A DNA stretch of 64,000 bases from Tubiluchus corallicola (lineage: Eukaryota; Animalia; Priapulida). This document shows, in pieces, positions 1 to 13,100 of this stretch. Position numbers and translations under genes: made by a program. Within the stretch, counting starts at the first letter, position 1. Every line of letters starts with the position of its first letter. The notes under the pieces were generated by a model that had not been told where the DNA came from, did no database searches, and was given only the letters and a program-made list of their open reading frames with translations. The stretch is taken from assembly GCA_030141605.1 (NCBI GenBank), contig JAQGDQ010000224.1, forward strand, positions 1 through 64,000, in the 5' to 3' direction.

Positions 1-805
1 GTACTCTGTTGCTCGCCTGTAGCATCTTTCAGTGGAACATTGAGGAGACATCACACTGTACTCTGTTGCTCGCCTGTAGCATCTTTCAGTGGAACATTGA
101 GGAGACATCACACAGTACTCTGTTGGTCGGCTGTAACATCATTCATTGGAACATTGAGGAGACAACACACAGTACTCTGTTGCTCGCCTGTAGCATCTTT
201 CAGTGGAACATTGAGGAGACATCACACTGTACTCTGTTGCTCGCCTGTAGCATCTTTCAGTGGAACATTGAGGAGACATCACACAGTACTCTGTTGGTCG
301 GCTGTAACATCATTCATTGGAACATTGAGGAGACAACACACAGTACTCTGTTGCTCGCCTGTAGCATCTTTCAGTGGAACATTGAGGAGACATCACACTG
401 TACTCTGTTGCTCGCCTGTAGCATCTTTCAGTGGAACATTGAGGAGACATCACACAGTACTCTGTTGGTCGGCTGTAACATCATTCATTGGAACATTGAG
501 GAGACAACACACAGTACTCTGTTGCTCGCCTGTAGCATCTTTCAGTGGAACATTGAGGAGACATCACACTGTACTCTGTTGCTCGCCTGTAGCATCTTTC
601 AGTGGAACATTGAGGAGACATCACACAGTACTCTGTTGGTCGGCTGTAACATCATTCATTGGAACATTGAGGAGACAACACACAGTACTCTGTTGCTCGC
701 CTGTAGCATCTTTCAGTGGAACATTGAGGAGACATCACACTGTACTAAGTTGCTGGGCTGTAGAATCATTGAGTGGAACATTGAGGAGCCATCACACAGT
801 ACTCG
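1..805 (+). repeat. 57-bp minisatellite array (about 14 units, 171-bp A-A-B higher-order trimer); left arm of an inverted duplication
   Basis: Unit gtactctgttgctcgcctgtagcatctttcagtggaacattgaggagacatcacact, with a variant B unit (gtcggctgtaacatcattcattgg) every third copy. Explains the 19-aa periodic ORFs 9..860 and 40..819. Confidence 0.95.
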
Positions 806-974
806 AATGTTTGATATAACTTTCACGCAAAACTTAATTGTTTGGCAATTTAAATTGTAGCATCAAGAAGAGATAGGTAATGTACAATCCGAACAGCTAA
901 AAACATATAAAACACATCATATATAATAATTAAGTCCTTTCGTCACTAAGGGTAAACAAAAAATCAAAATTTCA

Positions 975-1250
975 AGATATTAACGGGCCAAGTTGTTGTG
1001 AAGACGATTCATGTACTTAAAGCATAATTATTCCACATAATCTGTACGACAGGTTGTAGAAATTGTACAATCAACGCGATAACAGCTAATGAAACAAAGT
1101 GATGACACAAGCAAATATATGTAAAAATGATCTTATGTAAATGTTTCTTTTGCACTATTGCATGAACTTGTATAAATATTGTAAATGTTTTCATAGGTAT
1201 ATATAAATTGTAATTGTGCCGAATATCTTGAAATTTTGATTTTTTTGTTT
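975..1250 (+). pseudogene. Inverted copy of the SENP last codons, stop codon and proximal 3'UTR (source 3922-4196)
   Basis: agatattaacgggccaagttgttgtgaagacg...aatatcttgaaattttgattttttt is the reverse complement of 3922-4196 with a few indels. ORFs 1009..1194(-) and 3884..4144(+) share sequence. Confidence 0.9.
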
Positions 1251-1395
1251 ACCCTTAGTGACGAAAGGACTTAATTATTATATATGTGTTTTATATGTTT
1301 TTAGCTGTTCGGATTGTACATTACCTATCTCTTCTTGATGCTACAATTTAAATTGCCAAGCAATTAAGTTTTGCGTGAAAGTTATATCAAACATT

Positions 1396-2154
1396 CGAGT
1401 ACTGTGTGATGGCTCCTCAATGTTCCACTCAATGATTCTACAGCCCAGCAACTTAGTACAGTGTGATGTCTCCTCAATGTTCCACTGAAAGATGCTACAG
1501 GCGAGCAACAGAGTACTGTGTGTTGTCTCCTCAATGTTCCAATGAATGATGTTACAGCCGACCAACAGAGTACTGTGTGATGTCTCCTCAATGTTCCACT
1601 GAAAGATGCTACAGGCGAGCAACAGAGTACAGTGTGATGTCTCCTCAATGTTCCACTGAAAGATGCTACAGGCGAGCAACAGAGTACTGTGTGTTGTCTC
1701 CTCAATGTTCCAATGAATGATGTTACAGCCGACCAACAGAGTACTGTGTGATGTCTCCTCAATGTTCCACTGAAAGATGCTACAGGCGAGCAACAGAGTA
1801 CTGTGTGATGTCTCCTCAATGTTCCACTGAAAGATGCTACAGGCGAGCAACAGAGTACTGTGTGATGGCTCCTCAATGTTCCAATGAATGATGTTACAGC
1901 CGACCAACAGAGTACTGTGTGATGTCTCCTCAATGTTCCACTGAAAGATGCTACAGGCGAGCAACAGAGTACTGTGTGATGTCTCCTCAATGTTCCACTG
2001 AAAGATGCTACAGGCGAGCAACAGAGTACTGTGTGATGGCTCCTCAATGTTCCAATGAATGATGTTACAGCCGACCAACAGAGTACTGTGTGATGGCTCC
2101 TCAATGTTCCACTCAATGGTTCTACAGCTGAGCAACCGAGTACTGTGTGATGGC
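1396..2154 (-). repeat. 57-bp minisatellite array, inverted copy (about 13 units)
   Basis: Reverse complement of the 1-805 unit. The distal trimers carry different variants (gagcc instead of gacaa). Confidence 0.95.
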
Positions 2155-2974
2155 TTTATTGTTTTTTTTACTTTAAAATGTTTAGAAAGAACTTTGTTTA
2201 GATCAAATTTGAACAATGACATTGTTGGCCACACCATAGAAGGCTGCCGGCCACCTGTCACTGTGAGCTTTGGTCATCCAGTTAAACCAAGTTTACAGAA
2301 AATTTGCCATTTGTTTTGCAGGATACTGTTTTATCACAGTGGAGATAATTTACAGGTTTCCTATTTATAACTATTACGTGTTCGAAAATGTTTGATTTGC
2401 AAAACAGTCATTAACATAAACAATACCGATTGCAGTTTCGAGTTTTTTTAATTTCCAATACAAAAACGAACATATGTACAAGAATAAACATTTTGTAAAA
2501 TTTTAGCTGGAGGTCATCTAGCAACAGAATTTAGAGAACAACTTAAACTGGGCATTTGGACTCTTATTCTAAGAAGTTCAGGACAAGTACCATAATGGTG
2601 CTGACAGCCATACACTAAGACACAAATTATCTTTCAGCAATTTGTTTCCAAAGCCAGAATGTCCAGGCAAAAAGCCACACTCATATTCATAGATTTTGTT
2701 ATGGAATTTTTAGTACCACAATGTTAGTTTCAAAATAACAAATAGAAAACAGCGTTACAAAACATACTAAGTTAATTACGATCTTGCTTTGGCAGGCAAA
2801 TATAACACTCTTGGTTACCATTTCTTCTTGTCAGCTACATCACGATTTCAGTGTTTCAAACAATTTGGCAGTTTGACACTTTGGCAACCAATGACAAAGC
2901 AGCAACCATCAAACGCTTAAGTGGATGGTTATGGTGGGACTACTGGAACAGATAGGTTCGTTCGGATATGTATA

Positions 2975-3175
2975 CACTCAAACCTCGTTATTACCCATTT
3001 ATTACCCCCAACTCCTTTATTACGCCAACCTCACTAAATGCCCAAGTTTTGGGGAAAATAAAGTGTCTGTGTCAGCATAGCCACATGTATTAATGCACCT
3101 CGTTATAATGTACGACTCAGTTAATGCCAACTCTTTGGCAGGCCCAAAAGTGGGTGGTACAAAGAGACTTGACTG
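2975..3175. mobile_element. pogo/Tigger-like MITE
   Basis: TA-cactcaaacctcgttattac ... gtacaaagagacttgactg-TA: imperfect TIRs with TA flanks. Related termini occur at 48126-48310. Confidence 0.55.
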
Positions 3176-4170
3176 TACATCCTCAGCGGGGTAAATGGGA
3201 ATTCCCTAATAGATGAAACCACCTTTTCAAATTCATTTACTAACTAGACTCAACATTGCTTAACTTTTGCTAAACACATAGCGTAACCAATCAGCCATTA
3301 CGGTACATTTATAATGCGGTTCATTGTTTTTTAATTCACTCGAGGAGCTGTAATACCTGAAGCGGGGTCCTCAGAACAAGCAGTAACTAGCAACTAAATG
3401 AAATTAACAACGTTTACACATACTTACTAGCATATAATTTCACAATTTCTTGTTTTACCAATCAAAGATCACTCATAAACAGATTAAATAGTACATCCCA
3501 TTTATTTGAAATTTAACCCAGCAATACCTACACAAGTCTGAGCAGGCATTCTTTTGTTAGAATGTAAACATATCAATGTAAACAAATAAGCTTTTCCAAT
3601 TGCAAAAAAAACAAGTTAATTTTAAAAGAAAAGAGAGAAAGGAGCAGAACTGGCTGAAAACAAAATCATCTTGTTGAGCAAATGAGAAAATAGGAAATAG
3701 CATTTTTATTGTTGCTTTGACAACATGTAAAAAAAACAAATTATCAACAAACACTCAATTTTCTTCTTTGAGTTTCTTCATTTAACCAATCGTTAAGTAA
3801 AAGTTTTATCATTAGTGTTATCTTGGTAAGTACTTCAAAACTCAAATGTAGTAGCAAGAAGCATCAGTGGATTCCTAACCACAATGAAAAATGCTGCCTC
3901 AGCCACCAGTATACAACGTGAAAACAAAAAATCAAAATTTCAAGATATTCGGCACAATTACAATTTATATATACCTATGAAAACATTTACAATATTTATA
4001 CAAGTTCACTGCAATAGTGCAAAGAAACATTTACATAAGATCATTTTTACATATATTTGCTTGTGTCATCACTTTGTTTCATTAGCTATTTATCGCGTTG
4101 ATTGTACAATTTCTACAACCTGTCGTACAGATTATGTGGAATAATTATGCTTTAAGTACATGAATCGTCT

Positions 4171-7100
4171 TCACAACAACTTGGCCGTTAATATCTCGTA
4201 CACTGTCCGTCTCCTAAAGTAAGGCATATCATCCTAAAAAAAAATCAGAACAGATTATCCCCAATTATACAAATTAAAGGTAACATCAATAAATGAAATT
4301 ACTGACTAGCACCATAATTGCAATAATGATCTATTGAGTTCATGTGAGTGCATTAATGAAGAACCTAATGTGTTAGTTATATAGAATAGAATAGAATAGA
4401 ATAGAATAGAATAGAATAGAATAGAATAGAATAGAATAGAATAGAATAGAATAGAATAGAATAGAATAGAATAGAATAGAATAGAATAGAATAGAATAGA
4501 ATAGAATAGAATAGAATAGAATAGAATATAGAATAGAATAGAATAGAATAGAATAGAATAGAATAGAATAGAATAGAATAGAATAGAATAGAATAGAATA
4601 GAATAGAATAGAATAGAATAGAATAGAATTTATCTTTTAAAGTAGAACACATTAAATTGTATACACAATATTTCCATACTGGTCCATGGCATGTTAGTAG
4701 TAATTAAAATATAAAATAGAACAGAAAACCTTAAAATTAAACTAAAGCACTAAAACAGATAAAACATAAAATACTTTGTAAAATTATATACGGACTAATA
4801 CTAAAAGTTAGATAAAGGTACTAAATTAAACAGGTTATAGTTCTTTGCCTAAATTAATACTAAAAAACAAAAATTAAACAAAAGTAGGCAGTAGTACTAA
4901 AATGAACGTACTATAAAACACTTCGTGAAATAAGACGTAAAGCAAATATCAGTTTGTAAAATGTCAGTCAATAAATCTCTGTTTAAGTGCTAAAATTTTA
5001 CCAATCAAAACGTTTGTGATACATAAAATATAGGAACATAATATTGCTAATTGCTTAGACTTATTTTCGACCTCTGAACAACTTTTGCTGAACTTCAACC
5101 CAGTAACATTGCTGCATTAAGCTGCGATTCTCCCTGGCCTGGTTCCTTGCAAATATTATTGTTCTACTGACAAGCTAGAAGCTAAGATATACAGCACTAC
5201 TTGCGATATCAACTAATAGCACACCCAATAGGAAAAAATATCAAATTGCAGCCCCATTGCTATTGAACAAGAATTTACATTTAAGCTCTCTGATTATAAT
5301 TTACAAATAATAATTTCACCAAAAAAACTGATACTAATTACAGTGTTTTTATTGGCTAAGCCAGATAAGACTAATCTGCTCACCTGTGTAAATGTTAGCG
5401 AAGCATCACGGCAAATGTATTCAGCATATCTGATAGCAAACATACCACAGTCACAAGCATTCATTTGAACTGGAATGCCCTAGGAGAGGCAATATAATAT
5501 TAATAGAGTAAGAATGATTACTATTTTGTGCAACCTTACAGCCTGTTGTTAAATTGTAAACTGATATGTAAAAATGATGACGTATTGATGAAGAATCAGA
5601 TAAGCACTTTAATGATAGAGAAAAGAACACTTACTGTGACATTGCTTAATGTCCAATCACTGAGATCACATGATTTTTTTAATTTTTCTTGACTTTCTCT
5701 AACCAGATATCTTCTATAATATAAAAATAACACTGTAAGATGTAACACGTAGCCATTCTACTAAAATTTCCTAATCACAAATAATTGTAACTTAACCAGT
5801 AGTGGTCGCATGATTCAACGAAACCCTGATTGCATCATCGGTGAGAGCTCCTGATTTCGAGAGTTGATCACAAAATAATGAAATTGATTAATTGCTGCAT
5901 AAACATTTCTAAAAGAAAATTTTTTTAAAGAATTTTTGCAATAGTTTGCATGTTTGATGAAGTGAACTAAAATGTACAAGCAAAAGAGTTCCGCAGTCAG
6001 CACACACAAATACTTCGCCAAATTCGTAAGCACGGATCAGAAAGACTGTGACAGCACGGTACCCTTGGACGAAGAAATTGGGAGCAGAAACACATTATGT
6101 CATTCTAATTCATAATCTAAGTGTCTTACAGCGAGAAGCTAGGATGTAAGCTATATGGTGACAATTTTGATCTTTGCTGAAAAGTGCCTGTGATTAATGT
6201 GATAGTGCACTAAACTCACTAATATTAGAAAACAATTTTTCATGCGAGTTTGTGATTCTAATATGCAAGAGGTACTACGTTCCGTTAACTAGATTTATAA
6301 GTGTATTGAAAAATCAATTTCAAATTGATTCACTACTCGGTACGTAATCTGGTTATTCGAATTACTGAAAACAACCAATTTTCACCACTACTAATCAGAA
6401 ATCAAAAATTTACACAGTGAAATACATTATATCTAGTTGTTAACACTAAACTACTAATATATGTAAAATATTTTAATACAGTCCAATAATTCAACAAACA
6501 TTTGATATAAATGTGTCTATTCCACAGAGATGAAAACATTAAAAATGTGAGCATGTCAAAATTGTTCACAGATAAAAATCCAGCATTTTTTCACATTACA
6601 AAATAAATACACCAGCAGTCACAGTATGCAAATTATAACAAAGTTAAACAATGCTGAGCCTGTCAACAAGTACAGGAGAGATACTGCTGGAAATGCTGAG
6701 CCTGTCAACAAGTACAGGAGAGATACTGCTGGAAATGCTGAGCCTGTCAACAAGTACAGGAGAGATACTGCTGGAAATGCTGAACCTGTCAACAAGTACA
6801 GGAAAGATACTGCTGGAAATGCTGAGCCTGTCAACAAGTACAGGAGAGATGCCGCTGGAAATGCTGAGCCTGTCAACAAGTACAGGAGAGATACTGCTGG
6901 AAATGCTGAACCTGTCAACAAGTACAGGAGAGATACTGCTGGAAATGCTGAGCCTGTCAACAAGTACAGGAGAGATACTGCTGGAAATGCTGAGCCTGTC
7001 AACAAGTACAGGAGAGATACTGCTGGAAATGCTGAGCCTGTCAACAAGTACAGGAGAGATGCTGCTGGAAATGCTGAGCCTGTCAACAAGTACAGGAGAG

Positions 7101-10100
7101 ATACTGCTGGAAATGCTGAACCTGTCAACAAGTACAGGAGAGATACTGCTGGAAATGCTGAGCCTGTCAACAAGTACAGGAGAGATACTGCTGGAAATGC
7201 TGAGCCTGTCAACAAGTACAGGAGAGATACTGCTGGAAATGCTGAACCTGTCAACAAGTACAGGAGAGATACTGCTGGAAATGCTGAGCCTGTCAACAAG
7301 TACAGGAGAGATGCTGCTGGAAATGCTGAACCTGTCAACAAGTACAGGAGAGATACTGCTGGAAATGCTGAGCCTGTCAACAAGTACAGGAGAGATACTG
7401 CTGGAAATGCTGAGCCTGTCAACAAGTACAGGAGAGATACTACTGGAAACGCTCCTCTGCCCTTCAAAACTTGGCTAAGCCACCTCTACCATTTCATCTT
7501 ATCTTAGCGGATTATCCTTGATAATCTAATAGGTTCAGCTCCTGCCACAACTATTCAGTAAGCCCAGCCATTTCATGTTGAATCTGGATTGGAGACTCCT
7601 AAACTGTATAATAGTTTATTTTAGGGCTTGAAATGACTTGACTATTTTAAAATAAGAATGATGGTAAAATTCACTTACTGTAGCAAGTGCAAACATTCCT
7701 CATTAGGGCCCTGCATAGAGTCGTAATAGTTTATAACTTTCTTTCGAAAATCTATCACCTAAAAATATTAAATTTCGCTGTATTATCCTAATGGACAATG
7801 CACAAAATGATTTCAAATATCTTTATTCAGTCATGCGCAACTCAATTTAAAACAAGGTAGATAATCATCATTTGTATTATTACCATTACCGCGATAAAGC
7901 TTTTGTGATGGCATCATGATAATGATGAATTTGCCGAACGGTGACATTGTCACTAATATTGTCATCATTATTGCTTCACCACCACCACTACCATCCAAAT
8001 CACCATCACCACCACCATCTTCATCATCACATCACCATCACCACCACCACCATCATCATCACATCACCATCACCACCACCACCATCATCACATCACCACC
8101 AGCACCATCATCACATCACCATCACCACCAGCACCATTATCACATCACCATCACCACCACCACCATCATCACATCACCACCACTACCACCACATCACCAT
8201 CACCATCACCATCACCATCTTCATCATCACATCACCATCACCACCATCATCACATCACCATCACCAACACCATTGACATCATCACGATTGTCGTACTTGT
8301 TGCTATCAACCATCATCTTCTTTGCTTAAATTTTCTCCTGGACAACTCATATTCTATACATGCTTCTGCACCTGCCTTCTCTAAGCTTTCTTAATAACTT
8401 CATTATAACACACAATCACTTACAGCGAGGCACCAGTGAATTCCTAGATGTACGGGCACGATAAGAATGTCGTAGGAAAATATATTCACTTTCCTTGTCC
8501 ACCTTTTCACAGAATCGTACCCGGAAGATTTCAACTTTGGTTGAAAGAATGTGTTGAAAGCATAGACAGACGGATACCCATCCAACTTTCCACGTTCCAC
8601 TAGCAGAGTTGTGTAAAAATTAATTACCTGAAACCGGAAATCACTATAATGGCAACATGAAATAGCGAGCAGATGTTATTTTCTAACAACAGATTGAAAT
8701 TCACTTTATATTAGTAGCAAATCAGGAGAAATGTATAAAAATCATACATAAAGTGGCCTATATTCACGGTTGGATTAAAACAACAGGAGGGTTTAAATGC
8801 TTAAAAGATTACGATGCTACAGTATATGTGTAATTCAAAATAAAACAATACTAAACTCTAACATGAAACGTTATCTTTCAAAATGAAAAAAATGCAGTAA
8901 CATTTATTTACAGTAAATGTCAGGGCAGTCAAAAGTAACATTATCCAATACCATCAAATTTTTATAAGCATTACCACACTTGAAATGTATCATCACATAT
9001 TATATAATCAATCAATGACATCATATGGGCTGTGAACAGCTCAGGCTATTCAGTAGCCAGAATCTTGATGCCATCTGTACTATCACATTGTAAAGAAACA
9101 CAAAAACTGCCACACATATTCCAGTATATTATACTTTCGGGTAATTATTGTATTTGAATAAACTGTGTGGAACTCTTCTTAACCCGAGGCCCAAAGCACG
9201 TGTTTATTTTGCTTAACGGTTAATCCAGGGGTGCCTATAATCAAAACAGTGTTACTTAAACTGAGCGTCTGTCTCTTATTTCTACAAAGTGACAACCAAA
9301 CAAAAATCCTCAGGAGACGAAAAATAAAAAAAATCATTCATTAAGTAAGAAAGGCTGTTTTCACATTTGGCCCAGCCCACCCATATGTACATTATAGAGC
9401 AGACTACAAATTTCGCTTAAATGAACATGGGATTTTCTCTAAACTTATTAAATGAACATTAATTAAACTGAACAATTAATAAATCTCAAAAATGATAAAT
9501 CTACTTCGGCTTTCCGGATATATATATATATATATCCTGAATTCTTATAATGTAATAGAGAAATCATTGTTTTTGGTGCAGCTTTTGAACGTGATGCTTT
9601 TGAATATTAGGATTAAAAATGAAGATGATATGGTACAACAGTGTAACTCGCTTTTTTACAATTTTTACTGGAAATGTGGAGTGTCACATCACATTTTCTA
9701 CGTTCAAATAATCTGGAAAATAAGTTACATACTTCGTCATTTAGCCAGTTGAGTCCTGCTAGTGTATGCATATCCTTCCTGGTAATTGATAAGCGGAAAG
9801 CATCGACTAGCACCTCTCCCGGTGGATGGGGCCGCAAAGCTGTGTTAATTTTACTCTCCATCTCGGGCGTCAATTCTACAGAAGCAAATTCATTGCATTC
9901 AATGTTATTAAGAACGCGATGCTATAAACATCGAAAACTGGAAAACTGTATGAAATAATCTGTATAAGATAATAGTTCTCAATCAATTTTATAAAATCCA
10001 TTAGCTGATTGGCTATTATGGTATCATTTTTGGTTGTTATTATTTTTGTGTTCTTCATTTCTCCTTCTTAATTCATGGAAAAGTTTGCTGTTTAGTTGTG

Positions 10101-13100
10101 CGCTCTTTATAAAAAAAACAACCGGCACACAAAATGAATTATATTTCTTAAATTATATCTAAGCTTAGAGAAATCAACAGACCAGGCAGTCGAGGAATTT
10201 CTTCTTCCTCTGTGTCCACATACTCCGCTTCTTCAATTACTGGCGGCTCCGCCTCGGTTATTTTCATTCGTTGCCTGATTCGTTCTTCTAGTGAAAGTTG
10301 AGCAGCTTCTCTCTGTAACAAGAACATCATTATTCCTACACCATAGGTCAAGCATTACAAATCCACTGAATACAGGTTAATTAGTACATGATGTAAAAAA
10401 GTGGACATTTTGTAACAAGAGACGGCTTCGGCATTTCAAGTCAAAATAAAATTTATCAAACGTCAGTCACTTCCCATAAATCAAAGCAGAATGCAAACAG
10501 CTAATACAAACTACTAGATATGGTAATTTTATTATACCAACAATTTCAGATTTTTTAAACTGCAACTGAAGTCATGTATGTAAATGACAACAATCATTCC
10601 ATACTTTTGACTATGAAATGCCCAGTCTGTGATAAAAATCAAAACATGCAACAACAAAAAAAAGGATTAACATGCCCACATGACATTTGAATAGTTTTTC
10701 AATCAAACAACTGCTTTAAATAGAAAACTAAACAATAGTTTAATGTTTAACGTCAAAATAATTATTAACAACAAATTAACCTTGTTTAATTATCTTATAA
10801 CTTAAGTGTTTTGTTTAAACTAATTTAGTTTCTGGAAGACATACAATACTCTCACCTGCTCTTTTAACAACTTAGTCATTAATTCAGATTCTTCAATATC
10901 CCGCTTTCTAGCTCTTGCTGAGCGTTCAAAACGTTGTTTACTAAAAATAAGATTGCATTGTTAGTTTGGTAAAATACATGATGAACTGCATCACCAATAC
11001 AATACTAAGTTATATGCCTAACAGCTACAATGGTTAAGGCTAAAGGTCTAGATGCTAAAACTGCTATTCTGAATGAATAAAAACAATGAAAATGGATGGA
11101 AACTAATTATAAATTAACTTCATTAACTAATGTTAATTGTTATAAGTTTATAATTATGTTGTGAACTAACAAACAATGAGTTTGCAAGTTTACAATTATG
11201 CCAATGTGACTTATAAAAATTTAATTAATGGCATATCTGAAAATAAAATCAGCAACACTTATAAGTTATAAATTAAAAAAGTACTTTCATTATTGCTATC
11301 ACTTTTTGTATCAAATTTTGTAATGTTTTACAGCATTAACTCAATATCACTGGCAACAAAGAAGCAAGTTGTTGAATACTGACTGGTTAAGACTGTTTAA
11401 CTGAGTACTTACAAGTTATCAATCCAACTCATGTCAGAGTAGAAAGACCTTTTAACTGAGTATTTATAGGTTATCAATCCAGTTCATGTCAGAGTAGGAA
11501 GACCTTTTAACTGAGTACTTACAGGTTATCAATCCAGTTCATGTCAGAGTAGGAAGACCTTTTAACTGAGTACTTACAGGTTATCAATCCAGTTCATGTC
11601 AAAGTAGGAAGACCTTTTAACTGAGTACTTACAGGTTATCAATCCAGTTCATGTCAGAGTAGGAAGACCTTTTAACTGAGTACTTACAGGTTATCAATCC
11701 AGTTCATGTCAGAGTAGGAAGACCTTTTAACTGAGTATTTACAGGTTACCAACCTAACTCATGTCAGAGTAGGAAGGCCTTTTAACTGAGTATTTACAAG
11801 TTATCAATCCAACTCATGTCAGAGTAGAAAAACCTTTTAACTGAGTATTTACAGGTTACCAACCTAACTCATGTCAGAGTAGAAAGAACTTTTAACTGAA
11901 TATTTACAGGTTACCAACCTAACTCATGTCAGAGTAGGAAGGCCTTTTAACTGAGTACTTACAGGTTATCAATCCAGCTCATGTCAGAGTAGGAAGACCT
12001 TTTAACTGAGTACTTACAGGTTATCAATCCAACTCATGTCAGAGTAAGAACACTGAAAAACTGAGTATTTATAGGTTATCAACTCAACTTATGTCAGAGA
12101 AAGGAGACTGTTTAACTGAGTACTTACAGGTTATCAACCCAACTCATGTCAGAGTAAGGAGACTGTCTAAGAACTTTGCTAAACGTCGGAGCAGCTGGTA
12201 GTGTACTGGCGATCACTTGTAGAGAGTCAGTGCTTCTCTTTCCTGATTCTACAGTAGATCCTGCAAAATAAAGCAAATGCAATAAAAAAAACTGCATTTC
12301 AATTTTAACTGGCAAAGCTCCAGCAGATTTTTATTTCTGCTTTACAATTTATCCCCAAGGTTTCTATTTACACGTTAAATTAAATAAGCATGTTAATAAC
12401 GATCGATGGTATCTGACTGGCTGTCACTGGTGTTTATCAATTGCTTGCAACCTGGCAAATCAGCAGTACACACGCATGGGCCTATTACAGCAGTAAGGAT
12501 GTTACTGTATAAGTAATATGCACATGACTGTAAAAAATTGTAAGATAACTAAATCTAAACCGATTGATCCAAAAATTAATAGGCTCTGAGCCTCAACGAC
12601 GCCCTCCATCTGTGAGAGGTATTAACTTCCTACATTACTACTGGGGGCGAAAAAACTGGGGACAGACAGATAGACTGACAGAACTGATAATTCTATAGTT
12701 GCCCACTTTGTTGTGACAAATATAAAACAACCATTACTGGACATTCACAAGAAGACACTGAGTTAAACCATAAAGCAATTTTGAAAAGAGTAGTGTAGGC
12801 TCACATAATTTGAACAATAATGCCTATATTTATTCCTCAATGGACTTCAATGACTAACTTGTTTTCAGATAAACTCATCTAAACTTTTGAATGCTATCTG
12901 ATTTGACTTCTTTCAATATCATTACCAATGCAAATGACACGTTACAGTAAACTGATAAGCATTTAATCACTATCTACCTTGACTTGGAGTGGACGGCGGT
13001 GAGATTTCAATCGGATCGGTCATCACGCTCTTACTCTCCCTTGTACTCATTGCACCGTTTACAGGATGAGGAAGATCGCTCGTATCAACCGCCATTGCTC

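Larger units (their letters stand above)
1..2154. repeat. Large inverted (fold-back) duplication: arms 1-981 and 1222-~2154, 240-bp spacer
   Basis: Unique sequence at about 806-981 is the reverse complement of 1222-~1395 with a few differences. The satellite arrays continue the symmetry, and ORFs 9..860(+) and 1341..2261(-) end in near-identical peptides. Confidence 0.93.

Noticed and set aside
1-2261. Long ORFs (9..860, 40..819, 1341..2261, 1382..2116) as proteins, or the repeats as a CRISPR array
   Set aside because: They are products of a stop-free 57-bp unit open in two frames. There are no unique spacers or cas genes, and the context is eukaryotic.
4377-8329. FYSIL-repeat, [14 protein letters not shown]-repeat and His-rich ORFs
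   Set aside because: Translations of intronic micro- and minisatellites with no exon support.
11391-12170. 55-bp array as CRISPR or as a set of coding micro-exons
   Set aside because: No spacers. A 43-nt micro-exon would read CTT TAA (stop) and shift the frame.
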